This document shows, piece by piece, positions 58,739 through 64,000 of a stretch of DNA of 64,000 nucleotides. A model generated the notes under the pieces. The model saw only the letters and a list, made by a program, of their open reading frames with translations. It was not told the DNA's origin and made no database searches. Source of the stretch: an uncultured candidate division Zixibacteria bacterium (lineage in GTDB: Bacteria > Zixibacteria > MSB-5A5 > GN15 > FEB-12); the NCBI GenBank assembly GCA_963664195.1, contig OY760907.1, positions 2,848,001-2,912,000 on the forward strand. Direction: 5' to 3'. Both the position numbers and the translations under genes were made by a program. Each line of letters begins with the position of its first letter. Positions within the stretch are counted from its first letter, which is position 1.

Positions 58739-58767
58739 TTGACTCATTTCGGTCGCTGCTCTATCGT
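58739..58767 (+). promoter_or_regulatory. sigma70-type promoter placed for leaderless initiation at GTG 58774
   Basis: TTGACT-N17-TATCGT-N6-GTG. Confidence 0.45.
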
Positions 58768-58773
58768 GACGGA

Positions 58774-59625
58774 GTGTCACGATTCCTTGAAATCATACGT
58801 TTGATCCGGTTTGTCAACTGCCTGCTTGCTATGCTGGGAGTTGCTATCGGAGCCTACCTGACCGTATTGACGCCGGTATATTACGGCCCGTTGATTGCAT
58901 CGGTGGCCGCTTTTTTCGTCTGTGCGGCGGGAAACATCGTTAATGACATTCAAGACTTAGAGATCGACCGCATAAACCGCCCCAAACGGGTGTTGGTGCG
59001 TGGCACGGTGTCGATGAAAACGGCCCGCAATTTGGCGATAGCGTTTAATTTGCTGACAGTGATCATGGCGGTGTGTGTGAACTGGCAGGTTGCGGTGAGC
59101 GCGATTGTCACCATTCTGCTGCTGTTGGCTTACAATGTTCGTCTGAAACGGGTTCCGTTGCTCGGGAACACGATTGTCGCGGCCCTGGCCGGTCTTGTGT
59201 TCCTGACTGGAGGATTGGCGGTTGACCCATCGCTGGCTTTCAGACTGCCGGGTCCGCTGATTCCGTTTGCTTTTGCGTTTTTCTTCCACCTTGTACGTGA
59301 GATTGTAAAAGATTGCCAGGATGTCCAGGGAGACCGTCAGGCAGGAGTGAATTCTTTGCCGCAGATGATTGGTGTACCCGGAGCGCTCCTGGTCGGATTG
59401 GGGCTGTTCCTGGTGTTGACGGTACTGACCTATGTGCCGATTTTCGCCGGTTGGTACGGAGGCATCTACGAGACAATCACGGTGTATGTGGTCGATTTGC
59501 CGCTTCTGGCGCTGTTGATCTTCGTCTGGGGCGACCCCAGCCCGAGAATGCTTTCGGTCGGTTCGTTGGCACTGAAAATAGGCATGGTGCTTGGATTGAC
59601 GGCCCTGGTACTGGCCGGTTTTTAG
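58774..59625 (+). CDS. UbiA-family prenyltransferase, DGGGP synthase-like
   Basis: LIRFVNC, AAGNIVNDIQDLEIDRINRPKR, YNVRLK..LLGN, REIVKDCQDVQGD. Confidence 0.85.
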   Translation: MSRFLEIIRLIRFVNCLLAMLGVAIGAYLTVLTPVYYGPLIASVAAFFVCAAGNIVNDIQDLEIDRINRPKRVLVRGTVSMKTARNLAIAFNLLTVIMAVCVNWQVAVSAIVTILLLLAYNVRLKRVPLLGNTIVAALAGLVFLTGGLAVDPSLAFRLPGPLIPFAFAFFFHLVREIVKDCQDVQGDRQAGVNSLPQMIGVPGALLVGLGLFLVLTVLTYVPIFAGWYGGIYETITVYVVDLPLLALLIFVWGDPSPRMLSVGSLALKIGMVLGLTALVLAGF

Positions 59626-59762
59626 TGAAACTATTGGATCTAAACTCGGTATAATCTCTCATACCTGAGGCTCAATAGGAGACGGTAAGTTAGGACATGA
59701 CACGAAGTTGCGATTGCGTTGTTGCCGTTGCAACTGGTGTTCAGAGCTTTGTGACGGAATAG

Positions 59763-60617
59763 ATGCTGCGAGTATACACTGCCATAGTTGTTCTCTCTCT
59801 ACTATTGGTTCCAGCGGTCAGTTTTGGTGTTTCTGTTTCTCAGTCTATTGATCGGACTGAAATGCCTTTTGAGGAAACCGCGGAATTCGAGATAGCCGTG
59901 TCGTGGAATGGCTCTCCGACCGCCTATCGTTTTCCCAAAGCCCTGCGCCTGCAGGCGGACAAACTCAAAGTCGCCCGGTTTTCTTCCAAAGTCAGCTCGA
60001 CTGGTATCGGCGCGGACGAAGTCACTACCAAGCTTTTCAAGTACGTTCTTGAACCGACGTTGTCCGGTCAGGGGACTATTGAACCGCTGGCGATTGAGTT
60101 TGTGAGCTGGCCGGATTCTGTGGCCGGTGAACTCTTGACCGACCGGGTGACCATCACCATTGCGGTACCCGTACCGCAGATCGCAACAACGGAAGGCGAA
60201 GGTTCTTTGTTGCTGTGGGGGATGATTGTCCTCGTTGTCATTGGTGGGGCTGTCGGCGTGGTTCTGTTCTTGAGAAAACGGGAGCCAGGGGAAGCGGTCA
60301 AGACTCCCGGGCAAATGTTTCTCGATGAGTTGACTGTGCTCAGGACCGGCAGCAGTGATTTGAAAGATTTCCAAACCGGATTGTATAAGAATCTGTTGTC
60401 GTTCTTGGAGGCGAAGTACGGGATAGCTGTCAGTGGGCGGTCGACCGGGATGATTGTCGCGGACTTAGAGAAAACTGACCTGAGTCTGCACGCCCGCGAG
60501 AAAATTGCCGGCTGGCTGACGCGGGCAGAGAAAGAAAAATACAGCCCGTCGGTGATGCTGCCGGGCGAGAGCCTTCGACTTGAGTCGGAAGTTCGCGAGT
60601 TGTTTGAGAAGATGTAG
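59763..60617 (+). CDS. BatD-like protein (signal peptide, Ig-like domain, TM, helical cytoplasmic tail)
   Basis: VSQSIDRTEM, YVLEPTLSGQGTIEP, single TM; adjacent to moxR. Confidence 0.65.
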   Translation: MLRVYTAIVVLSLLLVPAVSFGVSVSQSIDRTEMPFEETAEFEIAVSWNGSPTAYRFPKALRLQADKLKVARFSSKVSSTGIGADEVTTKLFKYVLEPTLSGQGTIEPLAIEFVSWPDSVAGELLTDRVTITIAVPVPQIATTEGEGSLLLWGMIVLVVIGGAVGVVLFLRKREPGEAVKTPGQMFLDELTVLRTGSSDLKDFQTGLYKNLLSFLEAKYGIAVSGRSTGMIVADLEKTDLSLHAREKIAGWLTRAEKEKYSPSVMLPGESLRLESEVRELFEKM

Positions 60618-60641
60618 CGTTTTCAGATATTCGGAGGAGCA

Positions 60642-61631
60642 ATGGAAGTAGATATTCAGGAGATTCAACGCAGGGTCGAAACTGAGGCCTCGTTTGTTGA
60701 AAAACTAACCACACAGATCAGCTCGGTCATTGTCGGTCAGGAGTACCTGATAGAGCGGCTGCTGATCGGCATACTGGCCAATGGGCACATTCTCATAGAA
60801 GGCGTTCCCGGCCTGGCCAAGACGCTTTCGGTCAACACTCTGGCTGAAGCGATAAAAGCGAAATTCCAGCGCCTGCAGTTTACCCCCGATCTGTTGCCGG
60901 CAGACTTGATCGGTACCATGATCTACAACCCGCAAAAGGCAGACTTCACGGTCAAAAAAGGCCCGATCTTTACCAATATCGTTCTGGCCGATGAAATCAA
61001 CCGTGCCCCAGCCAAAGTGCAATCGGCGTTGCTTGAAGCCATGCAGGAACGCCAGGTGACCATCGGGGAGCATACGTACAAACTCGAAGAGCCGTTCCTT
61101 GTTCTGGCTACGCAAAACCCGATTGAGCAGGAAGGGACTTATCCGCTTCCGGAAGCTCAGGTCGACCGTTTTATGCTTCTGCTCAAGATCGGCTATCCGA
61201 CACCAGCAGAAGAACGCTTGATTATGGATCGCAATACTTCGGTGGAGTCGATCAAGGTGAACCCGGTCATTACGCCGGAGGATATCGTCAGGGCGCGTGA
61301 GGTTGTGCGATCGGTTTATGTCGACGAGAAAGTCAAAGAATATATCGTCAATATCGTGTTTGCAACTCGCGAGCCGGAGAAATACGGCCTTCGCGATGCC
61401 AAAAGTCTGATCGCTTTTGGTGCCTCGCCGCGTGCGACGATTTACCTGAATCTGGCCGCCAAGGCGCATGCCTTCATAAAAGGACGCGGCTACGTTACAC
61501 CGGAAGATATCAAGACCATCGGTCCGGATGTCCTCCGTCACCGTATTCTATTGACGTACGAGGCCGAAGCCGAGGAAGTGACCTCGGATGATATCGTCCA
61601 AAGAGTCTTTAACGCTATCGAGGTTCCGTAA
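60642..61631 (+). CDS. moxR: MoxR-family AAA+ ATPase
   Basis: EGVPGLAKT, RLQFTPDLLPAD, LADEINR, ATQNPIEQEGTYPLPEAQVDRF, GASPRA. Confidence 0.95.
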   Translation: MEVDIQEIQRRVETEASFVEKLTTQISSVIVGQEYLIERLLIGILANGHILIEGVPGLAKTLSVNTLAEAIKAKFQRLQFTPDLLPADLIGTMIYNPQKADFTVKKGPIFTNIVLADEINRAPAKVQSALLEAMQERQVTIGEHTYKLEEPFLVLATQNPIEQEGTYPLPEAQVDRFMLLLKIGYPTPAEERLIMDRNTSVESIKVNPVITPEDIVRAREVVRSVYVDEKVKEYIVNIVFATREPEKYGLRDAKSLIAFGASPRATIYLNLAAKAHAFIKGRGYVTPEDIKTIGPDVLRHRILLTYEAEAEEVTSDDIVQRVFNAIEVP

Positions 61632-61640
61632 AGATCGCCT

Positions 61641-62516
61641 ATGATCCCGAAAGAGCTATTTAAGAAGATCCGGCATATAGAGATTCGCACCAAACGATTG
61701 GTCAACGATCTGTTCTCCGGCGAATACCATTCCACCTTCAAAGGGCAGGGAATGGAATTCGAGGAAGTACGCCAGTATCAGCCGGGTGATGACATTCGCC
61801 TGATCGACTGGAACGTGACCGCTCGCACCGGGGAACCTTTTGTGAAGAAATTCCGCGAGGAACGCGAGCTGTCGGTCGTGCTGCTTGTGGACGCCTCGTC
61901 GTCCGGTTTGTTCGGCACGCGTGATCGGTTCAAAAGCGACACCGCCGCCGAGCTGTGTGCGGTCATGGCGTTTTCGGCGATCAAGAACAACGACAAGGTC
62001 GGGCTGATCATCTTCACCGACAGGATCGAGAAATTCGTCCCGCCGCAGAAGGGTCGTTCGCACGTGCTTCGGCTGATTCGCGAAGTGTTGTACTTCAAAC
62101 CGGAAGGAACCGGGACCGACGTTTCAGGAGCGCTTGAGTATCTCAACAAAGTCATTAAGCGTAAGTCGGTGGTGTTCTTGATTTCGGATTTCCTCTCCGA
62201 TGACTTCCTCCGACCGCTGCAACTTGCCAATCGCAAGCACGACGTGGTGGCGCTCAAAGTGACCGATCCGCGCGAGCTTGAGTTCGATAATGTTGGCTTG
62301 ATCGAGCTTGAAGACGCTGAGACCGGCGAGGTAGTGTTGATCAACACGGGATCAAAGAAGTTCCGTCGCGAGTTTGCCGCCAGAGCCGAGGAAGATAACC
62401 AGACGCTAAAACGTACCTTTCAGATGAACAACATCGACATGATCGCCATACGAACCAACGAGTCGTACATTGGGCCGCTGGTGAACTTCTTCAAGGCGAG
62501 GGGGAAGCGGCACTAA
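61641..62516 (+). CDS. DUF58 (VWA-like) protein of MoxR operons
   Basis: GQGMEFEEVRQYQPGDDIRLIDWNVTAR, LVDASSS, FLISDF. Confidence 0.93.
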   Translation: MIPKELFKKIRHIEIRTKRLVNDLFSGEYHSTFKGQGMEFEEVRQYQPGDDIRLIDWNVTARTGEPFVKKFREERELSVVLLVDASSSGLFGTRDRFKSDTAAELCAVMAFSAIKNNDKVGLIIFTDRIEKFVPPQKGRSHVLRLIREVLYFKPEGTGTDVSGALEYLNKVIKRKSVVFLISDFLSDDFLRPLQLANRKHDVVALKVTDPRELEFDNVGLIELEDAETGEVVLINTGSKKFRREFAARAEEDNQTLKRTFQMNNIDMIAIRTNESYIGPLVNFFKARGKRH

Positions 62517-63415
62517 TGAGAGCGAACATTGTAACAGTGGTCTTGGCTGCTGTGGCGGCCATGCTGTTCGTATCCTGCGGGACAGTCGACCACAGTGCAC
62601 AGATTGATCAGCATAAGAAGCTGGCCGGTGAGTTGCACAGCAATCGCCTGTACCATGCGGCGGCCGACGAGTACAAAAAAGTCCTCGACTATGACGAACT
62701 GGACAGCAAACAGCGTGCGAACATCTGCTACCTTGTTGCCAGGACCTATTTCGAGGACATCAAGGATTATCGCAACGCAGCCGCTTATTATCTTCGCGCA
62801 CGGGAGTACGATCCGGACGGGTCGTTCATGGGGGAAGCCTCAAGGAATCTTGTCGCCTCGCTGGAGAAGCTGGGAAATGTGATCGACGCCAAACGGCAGC
62901 TCAGCAATGCGACGGCGCTGGATCACGAAGCAGCGTCGGCTGACGACGTGGCAGTTGCGAAGATTGGTGACCGGACGATCTGGCTTTCGGAAGTCGAGGA
63001 CCAGATGGCTTTGCTGCCGCCGGAGGCGCAGAAGCAATTCGCCAGTCGTGCCTCGCGAATCGAATTCGTGCGGCAGTATGTGGGAACGGAATTACTCCAT
63101 GCCGCCGCGATGCGAGAAGATTACCTCGCTGATCCGGACATCCAGCGACAGCAGGAACAAATGATGAAGCAACTGCTGGTTAATCGGTTTGTGATCGATA
63201 AGGTGATCCCGCAGGTGCAGGTGGACAGTCTCGACGTACACAATTTCTACGCCGCCAACAAGGACAAAATATACAACGGTGTGCCGTACGATTCTGTCCG
63301 CGCCAAAGTGTTCCTCGACTATCAGAATGAAAAGGCAGAGTCGGCCTATAGCGAGTACATCGCCCGTCTGGCCAAGGCTGAACGAGTGGAATTTCTGGAC
63401 CATAACGTAAAATGA
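62516..63415 (+). CDS. Lipoprotein with TPR and SurA/PrsA N-terminal-like chaperone domain
   Basis: Lipobox FVSC; TPR-like helices; VAVAKIGDRTI..ELLHAAA..VHNFYAANK. Confidence 0.7.
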   Translation: MRANIVTVVLAAVAAMLFVSCGTVDHSAQIDQHKKLAGELHSNRLYHAAADEYKKVLDYDELDSKQRANICYLVARTYFEDIKDYRNAAAYYLRAREYDPDGSFMGEASRNLVASLEKLGNVIDAKRQLSNATALDHEAASADDVAVAKIGDRTIWLSEVEDQMALLPPEAQKQFASRASRIEFVRQYVGTELLHAAAMREDYLADPDIQRQQEQMMKQLLVNRFVIDKVIPQVQVDSLDVHNFYAANKDKIYNGVPYDSVRAKVFLDYQNEKAESAYSEYIARLAKAERVEFLDHNVK

Positions 63416-64000
63416 GAAGTAGTATTTCGACATATGCAATGACAACCGGCTGGTGGCTGACTGCGTGTTGTGTCTTGCTCGCCTCCATGATAGGCGCACC
63501 TTCGGTGCTTGCTCAGGCGGAACCGGACACGGTCGGATCGCTGCCGGGGATTGAGATTGAGACGGCGGTTGATAAGGCCGAGGCCCACATCGGCGACCTC
63601 ATAATGTACGAACTGACCATTGTGTATGACTCGACGTACACGCTGGTTCCGCCGCCGCTGGGGGCGAATCTGGGGTCGTTTGATGTCAAGGATTACCAGC
63701 CGGATGTGGAAACGCGTCTTGATGACGGACGCATCCAAAGCCGTACGACCTTCAAACTGAGCACGTTCACTACCGGCGAATACACGATTCCGCCGCTCCC
63801 GGTTGTATTCGAGCTGCCCGACAGCACGCGCAAACTGTTGCTGGCAGAGCCGGTGCCGATCAATGTGTTGTCACTTCTGGATGACGCTGCCGGCGATTCG
63901 CTGGATATTCGTCCGTTGAAAGCACAATACGCGTTCCCGCATGACTACACCCCTTACTATGTATGGGGTGGGCTTGGCTTTGTCCTGATCGTGCTCGTGA
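63412..64000 (+). CDS. BatD-like protein, partial (runs off the window end)
   Basis: Translated by hand: signal peptide, IETAVDKAEAHIGD..FTTGEYTIPPL..DIRPLK, then a TM segment; no stop within the window. Confidence 0.75.
   Translation, partial: MRSSISTYAMTTGWWLTACCVLLASMIGAPSVLAQAEPDTVGSLPGIEIETAVDKAEAHIGDLIMYELTIVYDSTYTLVPPPLGANLGSFDVKDYQPDVETRLDDGRIQSRTTFKLSTFTTGEYTIPPLPVVFELPDSTRKLLLAEPVPINVLSLLDDAAGDSLDIRPLKAQYAFPHDYTPYYVWGGLGFVLIVLV

Noticed and set aside
1..64000. tRNA, rRNA, tmRNA, prophage or defence genes
   Set aside because: I saw no cloverleaf with a T-loop, no rRNA signature, and no integrase, phage structural or cas/RM motifs by eye; a covariance-model scan would be needed to exclude small RNAs.

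Overview
A 64-kb, mostly plus-strand, gene-dense bacterial chromosomal segment. It is probably from an FCB-group organism; candidate division Zixibacteria is my inference from the PorU/PorV genes, the YPNPFN/FlgD-type C-terminal sorting domains and the style of the secreted proteins. In order it contains: argF; a secreted repeat protein; a REP-associated tyrosine transposase (RAYT) bracketed by 30-bp inverted REPs; a thioesterase and two enzyme-fold hypotheticals; rpsT, murJ and comEC; a polarity/type IV pilus cluster (DUF4388, TPR-roadblock, membrane-roadblock, roadblock, MglA, MglB, pilB, pilT, pilC, PilS-like kinase); a PPIase, a kinase, a cold-shock protein, ltaE and an MBL hydrolase; sdhCAB on the minus strand; secreted proteins including a tandem paralog pair; asparaginase and tryptophanase; and a ~23-kb outer-membrane/type IX secretion-like run (porU, porV-like, M6 protease, barrels, BamA/TamA, DGGGPS-like prenyltransferase, MoxR/DUF58/BatD-like). 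The main candidates for novelty are: (1) an MglA GTPase with a long Pro/Ala linker ending in a MinD-like membrane-targeting helix, surrounded by four roadblock-domain proteins, one of them membrane-integral; (2) a PorV-family barrel split by a ~590-aa LysM/propeller insertion; (3) several co-clustered GTAG/GTGG REP families showing compensatory stem changes; (4) a long structured leader in front of porU. I saw no rRNA, tRNA or CRISPR array. All calls come from motif recognition by eye; no database searches were run.
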